DNA of 64,000 nucleotides from Nageia nagi. Taxonomy: Eukaryota > Plantae > Pinophyta. The DNA lies in assembly GCA_050084985.1 (NCBI GenBank), contig JBITNC010000001.1, positions 110,484,001 through 110,548,000 of the forward strand, written 5' to 3'. Positions 38,240 to 52,779 of this stretch are shown here, in pieces (the first letter of the stretch is position 1; each line of letters opens with the position of its first letter). Under the pieces are notes generated by a model. The model worked only from the letters and a program-made list of their open reading frames with translations, was not told where the DNA came from and did not search any database. The position numbers were made by a program, and so were the translations under genes.

Positions 38240-40333
38240 ATGAGCTCTGTACAAGTCTGCATGGATTCCTCCACTAAATGGCAAGCGGTAAGAATATCCC
38301 TTTATTGGACTTGGTATTTTAGAGGGTTTTGGTAGTCTCTGAAAAGTTTGGGAATAAAATCTGTGCTACATAAGGTTTTGAATTCATTAAAGATCCAGTA
38401 GAAAAAAGCAATTGGATTTGTTGAAGAAGCAAGGCTGATAAAGTATTGGAGAATTTATCTGCAACACAGTTCACTTGCAGCCAAGTTTTGACATACAAAC
38501 AGTCTTACAAGTCTCCAAAAACAAAATACATGGTTGTCTCATGTCTCCGGGTTCCCTCTTGTTCTCTTTCATCTTATCTTTTAGCTTAAGTAATTAGTTT
38601 TACAAATTAAAGAATGACTAAAGGGAGTAAAGATTTTCTTAAGCTTGTTGTATTAATCTGCATCCAGATCTTCATGTTCAGGGTGGACATTAGGCTGTAT
38701 GGTCTTCTTGTTCCAATTGTTGGGTTTCATTGTGAATAAAATTAGCCAATAAGGAAACAATGTTTAATCAGTTACTAATCTAAAGTGAGAAGTCAATTGG
38801 TCGGCTAGTAAATCTACTTAGAGTATCAGTATTGTCACTATTGTCTTCATAGCTTTTGATTTATTTATTTTAAACAATAGTAGGAATTTATGTTATACTT
38901 TGGTAGTTGATCTGTGCTAAAATTCTAGATCAGCAAGCTGTTATGTGAATGGAATAAGATTTATCCTCTTCAGTTTCTAGAGAGTGGACAATTAGAAAGT
39001 CCATAACCATCTGCGTTGAGCCTGTAGTAGAAAATATCACGCTTGACTAAAATTATGAAATCAAAAGATGGCATGTTGAATCCAGTGTCTAATAACATTT
39101 CCTGCTAATATGATCCATTCTGCAGTTGGTTTGTCCCACAACAGTAAATAATGAAGCTTTTCATGTGGAACTGGACGACATCAAATGAAGGAAAGTTGTA
39201 TCAAGGCTAAGATAATAATATAGACAAAAAATTCTCTAATTTTCATGGTGACTCATCCACATCGACTTGTAATTGCAGAACATGATGCAAGAGAGAGGGC
39301 TCAAAGCCCAAGATGACGTGTTATCATGCTCTAGGCCCCTGTTGGAAAGGAGGCCGATCAAACAGCAAACAGATCAGCAAGCCCTCAAGTGTCCTCGTTG
39401 TGATTCAACCAACACCAAATTCTGCTACTACAACAATTACAGCTTATCCCAACCCCGGCATTTCTGCAAAACATGCAGAAGGTATTGGACCAGAGGGGTG
39501 CACTTCGTAACGTTCCTGTTGGTGGGGGCTGCAGAAAGAACAAGCGTTCAAAGAGATCAGGCCTTGATATTCATTCAGGTGTACCATCATCTACATCTAC
39601 CTCTTCACTTATTACTTCTTCATCTGACCTAGTTATGAACAATCCCTTAATCCATCAAACTCCTACTAGTGGTATGCATTATGGACTTCCCAACGGAGGA
39701 AATGACTTTAATATGATCTTTGCACGAATTCATCAAGCTTCAAGAATGGGTGACAGATTCAGTCACAGCAGTAATAGTAATCTAGGACTTGGCCAATCCT
39801 CCTTGATGCCCTCTAACCTGGTTTCATCTCTTATCACAACCTCACATTCAGGAGCTCTCAAGTCTTCTTTCACAGGTCTTGAATTCCCTAGCCCAATTAG
39901 TGCTCGCCATGATCAGGGCAATGAAGATTTATATTCCTTCATGGAGGCCAACCCACATATCCAAGTTCCGCCCAACAATCTTGGTATGTTTCCAGCCCCC
40001 ACATCAACTGATGGAATGCATAACAATTCTGAATCAGCAATTCCCTGGACCAGATTGAACCAGCAACCAAGAATACCACTTCCCTTTATTCCAGACGAGC
40101 AGCAACCGCCGTCAAGTGAAGGACAACCCAGCTTTAATGCTTTTGAACACCATGCAGATTATAAACCCAAAGTTAAGGTGGAAGAACCGGATCAGAACAG
40201 GCTTGTTTCAGAATGGCAGATGATGCCGACAACATCTGAGAATTTATTTCATACAGGAGGGGATCCTTCTGAATTTTGGCATGGAGGTTCGTGGCCTGAT
40301 CTCATAGGCCCATCTACCAGTCCATTGATATAA
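38240..40333 (+). CDS. Dof (C2C2) zinc-finger transcription factor, DOF5.6/HCA2- and DOF1.4-related. Exon 1 38240-38287, intron 38288-39278, exon 2 39279-40333; ~367 aa once a missing G at 39495-39498 is restored
   Basis: Exon 1 [16 protein letters not shown] ends at GTAAGA, and acceptor TTGCAG at 39278 joins in phase 0. Dof domain [36 protein letters not shown]|[14 protein letters not shown] is split across two frames. The downstream frame is open to TAA 40333 and has a C-terminal W..GSWPDL motif. Confidence 0.93.
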
Positions 40334-41533
40334 GGATTCTGTAATCCTGGATTTCACATCAGTAGGACTTACTTGGATAAGTCCCATTGCATTTTGATGT
40401 GTAAAGAGCTTATACGTGTCAAATTTGGTGAAGAATAAAGAGGGCTCGACTTGGACACTATGAATGCAAAAATTTGACGTCCAGCTGATGGAGCTAAAAG
40501 GGATATTCCTCTTTGAATCATTTTTGGTTTGGGTTATTCATTTTGGAGTCTATAGCGTAGGATTAGGGTTTCCTTCCATTCAGTGTTTTTTTGGTGCTTG
40601 TGAGGGACAGGGGTAATGTTCGAGATATGGGGATCTGATTCAGTATGTTGAGATATGAAGCATATTAACCTTTTTTCATGTATGTTCAGCTATTGCGATT
40701 ATGATCTTCAAGCAGAAATGAGAGTTTCATATGTATATATTTCAAATACAACATGCTATTTGTTATGGTAAAGATAAATTAGAGATTCAGTGATTCGTCA
40801 AGTGTTCGAAGGTCTATAGAAGTTTTTTGTAGGAATTTTACTGACTGTTAACAGCATGGTACTGCTTTCAGTTTGTTGTGGAGATTGGAGTTGGCATAAA
40901 CGCTGAGGCTTCCAACTTTGATAAGTTTGTAATCTACTTGGTTTGTGTGAGATTTGAACGAAATCTACAATTGAGTTTGTGAAGATAACTGTAGTGCTGA
41001 ATGTAATGTTGATATCATTCGTATACAATCAAAAACAAAAATAAAAAAGCAGAAAAGTAGTGTGTTAGTTAGTGTCACCTTTGAAGCTGATTGGAGGAGA
41101 ATGTTTTAAATTATTAATTTTTTGTTTCTTGTTTTATGGATTCAAAGAAAAGGGATACATTCAAATTTTCGTATCATACAAGGCTGGCACACCCAGTGAG
41201 GATGCTGCATGGATTTCGAGGAAAATCTTTACCGAACAAGCACACAAAAAGCAAATGGCGATGGATGCCACAGGCGAGGCTAGTTATTCCAGAATGTCAG
41301 AGATAATCTACTTTATTACGTAAAACTGACAAAGTTATGTCCTTTAAGTACGAGTGGATTTAAATAAAGATAATGTCAATACAGATTCCTAATTTCATTT
41401 GTTTGCTTTAAGCTTTTAATAAACCATACTACCTGTTTCTCTTCTCTGTTGATTTGTTGTGGTATATTTCGACATAAGCAATTATACCTTAAGTGATAAG
41501 GGTGTTGTTCTGAAGTAGAAGGGATCAGCCCTT

Positions 41534-41638
41534 GTAACGAGAGAATTCTTGAGACTTTTCATCAAAATCATAATGAAAACACTTTAGTAACGAGAGAATT
41601 CTTGATACTTTTTATCACAATCATAATGAAATCACTTG
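41534..41638 (+). repeat. Two-copy ~53-bp tandem duplication
   Basis: gtaacgagagaattcttga.actttt.atca.aatcataatgaaa.cactt occurs twice. Confidence 0.8.
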
Positions 41639-44600
41639 GGGATTATTGTCTGGCTATTTCTCAGCAGAATCTTTCAAGGAATGCCTTCAATTGACACATA
41701 TTGATGAAACCTATGCTATAGTGATCACTCTATGATTTATCTTTACAAAATCCCAAACCTGTTTATATCACTTCAGAAAATTGTGCTTGATTTTTATTGG
41801 TAACAAGGAGTAGTCAATCACAACTGCAACTGCTGCACTGTTAGCTCTGGTAAAAATCAATGTCTGGGAAACAAGAAATGTTATGAAGAGAGATTGATAT
41901 CCTTGGAAAAAAGAGAACATCTGTGATGAGGCTACCCAATTCTGAGGCACTTTTGAAGCATCAACATCATGAACAAGTTTTTAGAGCTCCTTTCCAAGCT
42001 AAACATCAGGAAGAAGTTTCTAGAACTCCTTTCTAAGAAGTTTTAAAGAACAAAAGAAATAAAAGGCGCTTAATAAGGTAAACAGAAAGGAACAGCCCCG
42101 TTTTCCAAGCAGTGAGACCAGACTTAGTAAAGACCTAACGGAAAAAGATTAAAAAATTGGTCAACTCAAAAACACTCCCATGCCAAGAACAAATTTTAGA
42201 GAGATAAAGTTTTCTCCAAACCAAAGAAGATAGTATAGAATAAAGGAAATACCTATATAGATCGAATCAAGAAAAATCCATGTTTAAGATCACACCATTT
42301 TCTATTTTTTTTTAAAACTTCTTAAGCTAAGAATGACAGCTCTAGAGTTCTTATTTTTAGCTTTTGTAGGCATTGTAAAAGTAGTTTTTAGGGTTAATTT
42401 GGTAATGGCAAACATAAAATGTATCAGTAAGTTCAGTTGAAATTTAGTAAAGTGCATAAATAAGAAATACACGCAGGAATTGTGATAGAATCACACTTAA
42501 AGTGGCACTTCAAGGTCTGGATTACTTCTACAACAGAAATAGAAAACAAAATACTTTTACTCAACTTGATACAACAAATAATTATACCATCATTTTTTTA
42601 CAGAAGCAACAAAGACATCACAGTCTTGGAACGGTTAATACCAGAGGCCAATAAAATCATGTTTCTCTTTACATGTGTGGTTTCCTGTCAGCTTTCCAAT
42701 TGTATCGTATGATAAAACAAGATTTGCTTTATTCTTATTCCAATTTATTATTAAAAATAGTTGATATATTCACGATTTCTCTTGCAGATCCCTATAATGA
42801 AGAGAATAAGTTGCTGGCGATACCCTTCTCCGAAAACTCTTACGGAGTGATACTTATCGTTATTAATAATAATGACCATCCTGGTCACAAGCTCTGGCAT
42901 GTCTATGTACCTTTGGATCACGTAATGGGTTCATAGTAATATAAATTATAGTATATATTACAAACATAGCGTAGATGATAGTTCCTTCCTTGCAGAATTT
43001 AAAAGTTGTCGTCCTTGATTATTTATTTAGTGTGGATGCATGTAGTTACAGTTTTGATTTTTTTTATCATGCAGCCAACTGATGTAGAAATTCTTTATTA
43101 AACAGTTTTATGATCTTCAAAATTGTATTATAATCATTGCTTGTTCTTTCAAGGACTTATACAGTCTTCCACAATCTGAAGTTCGTAGTCTTTCTTTTTT
43201 AGTAAGGAATATTTGTATGCATCTACCTAGTTTAGAAGCATGAACTTCTCTAGTATAAATAAAATTGATGAGTGCAATAAATCATTAAAATATATTTGTT
43301 CATCATAGAATTTTTGATAGTTCTTTGTAATAATTTTAATATTTAACAATAAATAATAATGAGAAGTGTAACAAATCTAATAATTCGTAATAATTATGAT
43401 GATTTAAGAGAGGAAATGTGTATATATAATTAATTAATTAATTAATAAGTTTTATGTAATTTAGGTTAAATCTCTCTAGTTTGGATTGGAAATATATAAA
43501 ATCCGTCATGTAAGGTGAAAATTCCAGTTAAATTTAAATAAAATGTACTCTTCATCTTGTCCTTGAGGTTAAAGGTTACTTTCCCTTTTTAGGATAATAA
43601 CCATAATCATAATTTATCAAATTTGAAAGCCTTTTATTTTGAATATATAAGTTTATATAACATAAACTTACAAATAAGTAAAATATATAACCTCATTATT
43701 TGAAGCATGCACATCTTTTTGAAGCATGACTTATAGTCAAAACAAAGCATAATGTATTTTTTATTAGGTATCATTTTTCATTATTATTAATATTTGAGAA
43801 ATTTTCATTAGAAATTAATTACTCTACATAATAATTTAAATAGTCCATACTAGGATTTCCATTTAAAAATGAAAATAAAAGATAAAATGATGTATAAAAA
43901 TATTATTATCATATTTTATTGCCCCCCATTAGGTTTATATATGATTGATCTATCTCAAGAATACATATCTCAACCTTAAAAGTTGAAATAAATATCACAT
44001 ATAATAACAAATAAATTACTAAAAAATGAAAGGGATAAATGGAAAATAGAAGGTTTAGTACCTTTTAAGATGCATGATGCTCATGTATTTAAGAAATATC
44101 TTGCCTTCTAGGATGGTGAAGTTATACACCTTGAGATGAAAGTTTTCTATACTAATATAAGGGTAGAGCCAATTTACCTTAACTTACCTCTTTTTCTATA
44201 TTTATATTGATATTTTGTTTGAGGTCGAAGTCTCTTACATAGATCTCTCTTCGTTTTACTTTATTATTGTATGTAATGTTAATTCTTTTTTGGTGTATTA
44301 TTAGATATTCAATATTATTGAGTATTCTCTCTTCAAGTATCTCAACTCATTGTAACCTTTTCCTTTTATCTCATGTCTCCATATAAAGTAATGCTCCTAT
44401 GTCAAATATTTAAGGAAGGAATTTCCCACTTAAAAGGGGTGATTGCTTCTTCATCATACACCAATGAACAAGTAGTTACCTAGATGGGAATGTTAGTACC
44501 TATATTTAAAATATAAGGATAGTAATTAGTTTTAATATTTACACCAATGATATCCTTAATAATCAAAGATGAAATTTTACTAATTTGAGAAGGTATATGA

Positions 44601-45649
44601 ATGATACCCAATTCTTTGATATCCACTTCTTTATCTGTTTCTAAGTTTTTATTTTCATAAAAATAAGCATCAATATTTAAATAAAGTTTAAACATTTCTT
44701 TTGAAAACTTATATATGCATATAGTTTACAATACCTAGAAAGAAAATCAAAATTTCATGATTTTTAAAAAGATCTATGATAGGCATCTCAATTTTATCAT
44801 TGCAATCAATTAAATTTAGATATATTACCATTAATAAAAAATAAAATTTGGCAATTTCATGCATGTTAATAGTATCAAACAATTCATTCAAGGCATTTAC
44901 ATCATTTTCTAATAGATTTCATAGCCTAACCTCTTCATCATCTCTTCCATCAATATAAAAACCTAAATCTATTCTCCATACAAAAATTGATACTTCAATG
45001 AAAAGTACTATGCCCTAGTAATTAATATCTATACCTTTTTCCTCAATGAATTCATAAGTAAAGGTCATTCTCTTTATTATAAGTATAAGCTTAATTAATA
45101 TGTATGTTCATTTTAATCTCCTCTTAGGTCAAACCATGAACTATCTCTACTTAGTTTCTATTTTTATTTATGATCATTGTATTTCTATCATATAACTATT
45201 TTTACTATGAGAAAATTATAGATGGTTTAATATGATCATAGTATAATTTTATACCTACTATATTTGATTTTGTATTAGATCAAAATATATTTTTGAATTA
45301 TTATATACATATTTGATCATACATGTAGGATTATAATATGATTTTTGAAGTCCTTTAAAATAATCTAGAAGAAGTTAGAAGTTGATATATGTTAATTATC
45401 TGAAATGAATCATGCATTTTAAAATCAAATATCATTAGAGTGGGGATTTGGAGGATTATCATATTTGTTTGATATTTCAAGAATTTTCTAATTTTCCTAT
45501 AGAGTTTATTTACAACTGAAACTTATCAAAATACATAAGTCATATTTGGGATATTATAACTTTTTCCACATGTATCCAATTAAGGTAAATGTTATATCAT
45601 TAGATAGTTTTTGAAGAGATCTTTCCATTGAGTATATGTATCACTTTAA

Positions 45650-46548
45650 TAAATATTTGACTATCATCTTATAAGACTTTGACAATTGTAGTTTCAACAT
45701 TGTTTATACCCTTATCATTTCACATGGTTCATAACCTTATCATTCAATATAGGTCATACCATTATTGTTTAAAATGTATCATACCCTTATCATTCGACTT
45801 GGATCATACCCTTATCATTCAATAACGATTTTTTGGTTATATCATTCATGGTTATATCACTTATGGTTATATCATTATTATATTATTTAACATGGCTATA
45901 TTATTTGACATGACTATATTATTCAACATGGCTATATTTGACATGGATATATTTAACATGGCTACATTTGAAAAGGCTATTTTTAAAGAAAGCAATTTCA
46001 AAAAATGGGTATTTTAGAAAAAGGCTATTTCAATAGGACTTCTCTATTGTAAAATTCTTTAAGAAGATGAGTCTTAGGAATGTAGAATATTAAGCAACAA
46101 GAAGATGATGGTCAAGATTAAGGGTAATTGGAAGGTCATACATCATTTTAACATCTATAAATATGAGTTTGCTTCTCATTTTAAGGGAGAATAATGTAGA
46201 GATAAGGAGTACTTTATAAAGATGTAATAGGGATTAGTATGGAGCTATTTTATGATTTCTAGGGGAAATTTATGTAAATATTTATCCATGTTGATACAAC
46301 AATAATTAGTCATTTAGTGATTGTAAATATTTTTATTATTAATAAAATTCAAGCTTGTTAAAAGCAGATATAGTCTCACATTGAGGAGAACCACTATATG
46401 TATAATATGTCCAATTGTATGTGTGTGCATGAATTCTATTTTTTTTTCTATAATTTGCATAACATAAATGGTTAATAATTAAATCTTTTTTTAAGGAATT
46501 AGATAGATAAAGTGTATTAGTGATTACATATTATATGGTATTAGAACA
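45650..46548 (+). mobile_element. LTR-like segment with U3 short tandem repeats, TATA and decayed PBS-Met; left end unresolved
   Basis: ccttatcattc and catggctatatt repeats at 45700-45980, ctataaata at ~46155, and tggtattagaac at 46537-46548 (TGGTATCAGAGC with two transitions). Confidence 0.55.
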
Positions 46549-47019
46549 TAGTCATTCTTGATGTATGGGTTAAATAAGAGCAGGCTCATCATATATACTT
46601 GTAATTAGCCCTCAAAGTTCCTTTTTTGTGACTTATGTATGGAATATTTAGAAATTAGCTCTCAAATTTAGTTGAGAAATCGAAGAGAAGTTTCCATGGA
46701 GAATGATGATTTTAAGAGGTATTTTAGATCTTAGAAGAAATACTTTATAGTATGGTCAACGAACTTGTAGAATTGAAGACTATTCATGATAGTGCTACAA
46801 GAAAAGATTTAAATTTTGAAGAGACATGATTTAATTTGGTGGGAAGCCTATACAGATGCTATTAAAATAGGTTATGAGTTGGATGTGATAGATTGGAGGT
46901 AGTTTAAAGAGATTCTTCAAAATTAATTTTATCCTTTTGGCTATAAATAACATCATTTTACTCAACATGGCTATATAGATCCATGTTAATCAAGTAAATA
47001 GTATTATCAATAATATTAG

Positions 47020-47985
47020 CCCAAATATATTAAGGTAAACAACATACAATCTCATAATCTAACCTATTCTATAGTAGTTATATTCATTCTTTCTATAACC
47101 TCATTTTATTGAGCTATCCTTGGAAATAAATTTATTCTTCTTATACCATTATGTGAATAAAAAACATCAAACTCTTTACTACAAAAATCCTATTCATTAT
47201 TTGATTTGAGATATTTTAACCTTTTACCAATTTCATTTTCAATTAATGCCTTCCAAATATTAAAAGTTTTAAAAATATCAAATTTTTTCTTAATACAATA
47301 AACCCATGTATTTCTTATATCATAATATATAAAGGTGATAAAATACTAGGAACCACCTTGTGAAGTTATTTATTAAGGACCCCACAAATCGATATGTACT
47401 AAATCTTACTTTTCACTTTTCCTCTCTTTGCCAACTTTTAAAAAGCTTACTCTTATTTATTTACTATAAATACAATCCTCACAAAATCCCATGTCAATAT
47501 CTTTTAAATTAGGAATCAACTTCTTTGAGTGTGAAATTTTAATACCTTTCTCACTCATACGACCAAGTTTATAATACCACAAAGTTGAGTCTTCACTTAC
47601 TAAAACTAGATTCATAGAGTATTTAGAGAACTTAATAAGTAAATATAGAGTGCCTACCATACTACCTATAGAAACCATCATTGAACCTATTATAAATTTC
47701 CAAACATGATTTTCAAATGTAATTATGTATCCTTCCTTATCCAATTTAGTTGCAGATATGAGATTTCATTTTAAATTTAGGATGTGTCTTGCTTCATTTA
47801 ATATCCATTATATTTTATTGGGTAGTTTTAATGTAAGTTTACTAATTTCAATAATCTTATGTAGATGATTATTACCTAATAACACTTATCCAGACTTACC
47901 AAAAACATAGTCTATGAAATAATCTTTATGTGAAGTTTCATGAAAGGAAGCACTAGACTTAATCTCTAAATAGTCATTATATATG
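47020..47985 (-). pseudogene. Ty1/copia pol fragment (protease, GAG-pre-integrase, integrase core), Tnt1/Tork-like
   Basis: SSASFH, LWYYKLGRMSEKG...FCEDCIYSK, LDLVHIDLWGP, LKSNN..FCSKEF and ERMN. Confidence 0.88.
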
Positions 47986-49089
47986 TAAATACTAGAATTG
48001 AATTTTTAATATTATGTATATATTATTTTTAGGTTATAAATATGAAGTATTTTAAGTATTTACCATATAAGCCTTACCTAGGACTTATCCAAAGCTCAAA
48101 CATAAGTAGAAGGAGCAATGTTAGGTGATGATTTAAGCAAGAAGAATAATCAAGCTACCCAGGAGGTAAAGGAGCTTCAAATAATCTAAGTCTTGGAGTA
48201 CTTGATTAGTGAAATCAACATCCAATAACCAAATTTCTGATAAATAATATAATGCAAATACATTAGGTCTCGAAGTACCCAAGTAGTGAAATCAACATCC
48301 AATAGGAAGGGTCCTAATAAGCAATACCAAATAAATTAGTAACTTTAGGAGTATGATAAAGCATTACTATTAGGACTCAAAGAATAGTCTAATTTTAGGT
48401 CAAAAAAATAAGTGACATCACCAAAGGAAAAAGAAGGTTCCAATAAAAAAATAACAAAAGATCTTAGGCCTTCATAAGTGATGTTACCTAGATCAAGCGA
48501 GTGAAATTTGAACTAATTCTAGAGGTTTGAGGCAAAATATGTTAATGATGTTAAGTCTAGGTACTTGTAAGGATGATATCAATAATATTAAGTAGAATGA
48601 GTATGTGAAGACCCAAACAACTAGTCAACCAAAATGATGATATTCTCAAAGCTAGATTGACCAATTTTGTATTTATTTCAAGCATAAGAGGATAAAGATG
48701 TTAATAAAAATAACTTGGACATCTGATAAATGTTTAAATCTTGAATCTAAAAATGATAAAGGCTATGAATAAGTCTATATGGCTAGTGAACCAAGTTAAT
48801 AATGTTAGCTAGACTTGAATAACTAATTTTGAACCAATTCTAGAAAAAATAGAGATGATATCAACAACTAGAAGTTCAACTCCTAAAAGGAAGGAGAAGC
48901 TATAGTTTATCCATGATCAAACATGCAAAGGCTTGAAAGAGTAGTGAACTCATCTAGTGATGTCCCAAAAGTGACTCTAAATGCAAGAGGAGAAGTTACA
49001 GTAGAAATAGCCATTGAAAAATCAAATTATTTTCTTATAAGGTAAATCATATTTACATGAATTATATAAAAATATAAATCCTTATAAAC

Positions 49090-50420
49090 TAGAATTTTCA
49101 CTTCTATCACTAAATAATTCTATTAATCAAGTATAGACAATAATTTAAGTAGTTAAATATACATAACATGGTCTAAATTCATCCAAATAATTCTTATTAT
49201 TTTTATCCATAGATAATAAAAACAATTGCATCGATCTATAAGGAAATTGCTATATAGAATCTTGGCTTAGATAGTCGATGCAAATATAGGCATGAGATAA
49301 TAGGATAAATCCAAACAAAATGACTATACTAAATGAAAAAGGAAAGAGAAAAGTAGAATGAAAATTTTCTCTACTCTCTTCTTCCCAAAGTACTAGTCTA
49401 CTAGGATATGTGTGAGGGTTTATCTTTTGCTCCAAATATATGTCTGATGAAAAAGGTTTTATTGACCTATTTTCATCATTCTTTCTTATTCCATTGACCT
49501 ATTGATATCTCACATATAGTATACAAATCTAATTTTCATTTATGAAAGGAGTTGCCTTTAAGTATTTGGTGGCTATAATATATTGTGTTAGTCTTTAATG
49601 AAAAATTAATCATAGTTTACAATACTTATTATAGCATACACATTGAATAAAAATTAATTCATTTCCATGGAAAATGTTTTGAATCTTGATAGATAAAGGA
49701 TTTTTATTTATCAAGAAAATCCTTATTCTTTTTTTGTTGTCTAATTTTTTTTTATAAACAATTACCACCCTACTTATGCTATTCTCATTTATCATAAAAA
49801 ATGAATGATAAAATGGTATTTAATACATATATAAAGTCATTTTTAGACACATATTTATAGTAATGTATATCATTTCAAAATACCTTGCATGTAGGCCACA
49901 CTCTTTGCAATATCCTTTTGATATTGTATGAAATGACATAAGTTAAATTTTTTTATTTAAAGGTAGTCCCATTTTTATTGAAACTTACACATAAGAAGTA
50001 CAAGAATTGTTCACTTCTCAAAAGAAAAATAAAACTAGTATATTTTCATAGAAATGTTATCACTCTTATCTACTACATCAAGAGTAGAGATTTTACCTTC
50101 TTTACTCATATTTGATAGCCTTATTGACTAGATTTTTCACTTCTATCACTAAATAATTCCTATAATCAGATTTTGAAAATAATTTTAATAGTTAAATATA
50201 AAAATATTATCTAATTACACCTAATTTGTTTTTGGTATTTTTATCCATAGATAGTGCAAAATGTACATTATCCTATACAATAATTAGTACATAGAATTTG
50301 AACTCAAATGGTTGATGCAAACATAGGCATAATATAATAGAATAATTCTAAATAGAAAAAATGTATAAAATTATAAATCTAAGAGCAAAGTACAATCAAG
50401 AGCTACTCTACTCTCTTCAT
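49090..50420 (+). repeat. Diverged ~300-bp direct repeats (49090-49395 and 50130-50420)
   Basis: tttcacttctatcactaaataattc...tttttatccatagata...gatgcaaa.ataggcat...ctctactctcttc in both copies. Confidence 0.7.
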
Positions 50421-51189
50421 ACCAAATAACCAGGTTACTTGTAAGCCTTTATCTAAAATTTATTGTTCATCAAGTATTTTCTATTTCCTTCAAGTATTTT
50501 TTTTTCTTTCAGCTTTATGATTTTTGCACCATCTTCTACAACTCTTCACTCTATAATTTTATAAGATTCTTGAAAACTAATTAAACACCATGATTTCATA
50601 GCATTAAAAATAAGGCTTTCATAAATACCACATTGATATACATATGCAGTTATATTCACTTGAAAATATGATATCAACAATTAATAATATTGTCTATTTG
50701 TATAATTATTTAATAACAATACTTTGTTTAAAAATGAAATGAAACATAGTTTCCTCTCTACCTAAAAGTATTCAAAATATCATTATGTAAGATACTTTAG
50801 ATCTTGCATAACTTTGAATAACCAATAATCTAAACAAGAACATTCTACATGTTTGAAATCATGGAATCAATTTGCATCCCTCATCCATAGTTCTCAAAAT
50901 TTGAACTGATGATTCAAAACTATATTATCTTAAAATAATTATTCCTAGTTATCATTATTGTTTTTTACTTGAAATACCTAAATTGAGTACTATTCCATGT
51001 ATTTTGTACAAGCTTCAAGTACAAAACCATTGTAATGCTGATATAATGTATAGAAATTAGAACATTTAAATAATAATTCAAAATCAAACAAGGTAAAGAT
51101 ATAATATATACAATAAACATATATTCAAATTATAAAAATAAAATAATGCTCCTAACAATAGAATAAAAATCCCCTTAATCACACTAAAA

Positions 51190-52620
51190 TCCCTTTAATC
51201 ATAATGAAAATTGCATATACATCTAGCATGGCATTCACAATCACAACATTCAACGAAAGCCATTTTTAAATACTCTTTGAATAATGTCAAACCTTCTTCT
51301 AGAGCTCCCATGGTGGAACATGAGAGAATAATGTTGGTAAAGGTTGTAGAGTTTGGCTTTACACCTGTCAATTGTATCTACTAAAGTCTCTAGATCCTTT
51401 TCAAAAAACCATTTTATGTATATATCCTACTATCAATATTTTCTATGAAATTATTTTTTATATTATGAATCTTATCAAATAATTCCTAAGACTTGTGTAT
51501 TCTTTATTTTATCAAAAAATTCATGAGTATTTTGTATGTCCCCAAACTTAGCATACATGTCTATTAGATTATTCGTCACAACAACATCTAAGTGAAAACC
51601 ACTTATTATTTTTTAATGGATGTCGACATCCTTTTCTAGAGATGTTGAGCTAGTACATGTGGTAAGGACATTATAAAAGGTGAATTCATTATATTGGAAA
51701 CCACTCTCATTTTGTTTCATTTAGTGAAATAGGACCAATGCCTCTTTAGAAAGACCTTATTTTCTATAAGCTATAATCATGAAATTCTATAAAATACCAT
51801 GAGTATCAATGAGGCTACTATACTTGACATACATTTACATGAGGGTATTGAGAAAAAATGAGTATATACAAAATCTCAATTGCCAATTGTGATTGAGAAT
51901 GAGAGTGTGGATATACTTTCCATGGTGTAAGGTATTCTTGTGAATGTAACACTGTAGGAAAGAGATATACACAAAATAGTATAGATTATTATGAACATTA
52001 TACAACATATGCATAACCTCATTCATATGAACCTCTTTATAGAGTACAATGATGATGGTGGAAGTGGTTGGTGTAGAGATGGTAGGTATTCATATAAGAA
52101 GAGAGTAGTAGTCACAACCCTTCTTGGGAGGGCAGAATAGAGTCTCTTGTTCATGGTTGAACACACCCCAATTATTTGATCATTAGGAGATATTCCACCT
52201 TTTTGGAGAAATATGAAACCACTCATGAGGGGCCAACCATGTATGAGGGATGAACAATACAAAAAATGAAGTTGAAGCAATGGGTGGTACTCAACTCTAT
52301 TCACTCAATGGGTGCCACAACCATCATCATAGGTCATTTACAATGACCAACCTTATCATTTAAAATATGCAAGAAAAATATACTATATAAGGGCAGTCAC
52401 AACCATAATATTCAATGAATAAATATTTTCAACTAGTCTTTGATGGATATCCATACCTTTTTCCAAAGCTACCATGGTGGAACATGCTAGAAGAATATTG
52501 ACAACGTTTGTAGAGTTTGGCATTACACTTGAGAATTTTATCTACTTAAAATTACCTTTTCAAAAAACTTAATATTATACACATCTTGTAATCATTATAA
52601 TACATGAGATTACAAATCCA
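51190..52620 (-). pseudogene. PLS-class PPR pseudogene fragments
   Basis: KPNSTTFTNIILSCSTMGALEEG, NVVIVNAMLDVYA, NLIDMYAKFG and PNSTNVVNILLACSTMVALEKGMDIHQ. Interrupted by a GC-richer insert at ~52049-52330. Confidence 0.82.
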
Positions 52621-52779
52621 CTTTTAAAGAGTCTTCGATGTATATGTAAAATCCTATTATAAAACCCCTAGTTTGGTGTATGCTTTAAGGATGAATATCA
52701 AGGAAATCCATGTATATGATCATCTAAAAGTATCATATCTCCATGATAAGGTGCTGATTTTAATTATACACTCAAAATT

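Noticed and set aside
39473-40333. 286-aa ORF as a separate gene
   Set aside because: It is the post-frameshift part of Dof exon 2.
40798-42936. Short ORFs downstream of Dof
   Set aside because: Mostly non-ATG starts, no motifs, and no consistent splice structure.
44000-45100. Minus-strand coding-like relic
   Set aside because: Probably retroelement-derived, but no diagnostic motif could be read.
52049-52330. GC-richer insert bounded by the 11-bp inverted repeat ATGATGATGGT
   Set aside because: The inverted repeat is mostly (GAT)n simple sequence and no TSD was found; not called as a MITE.
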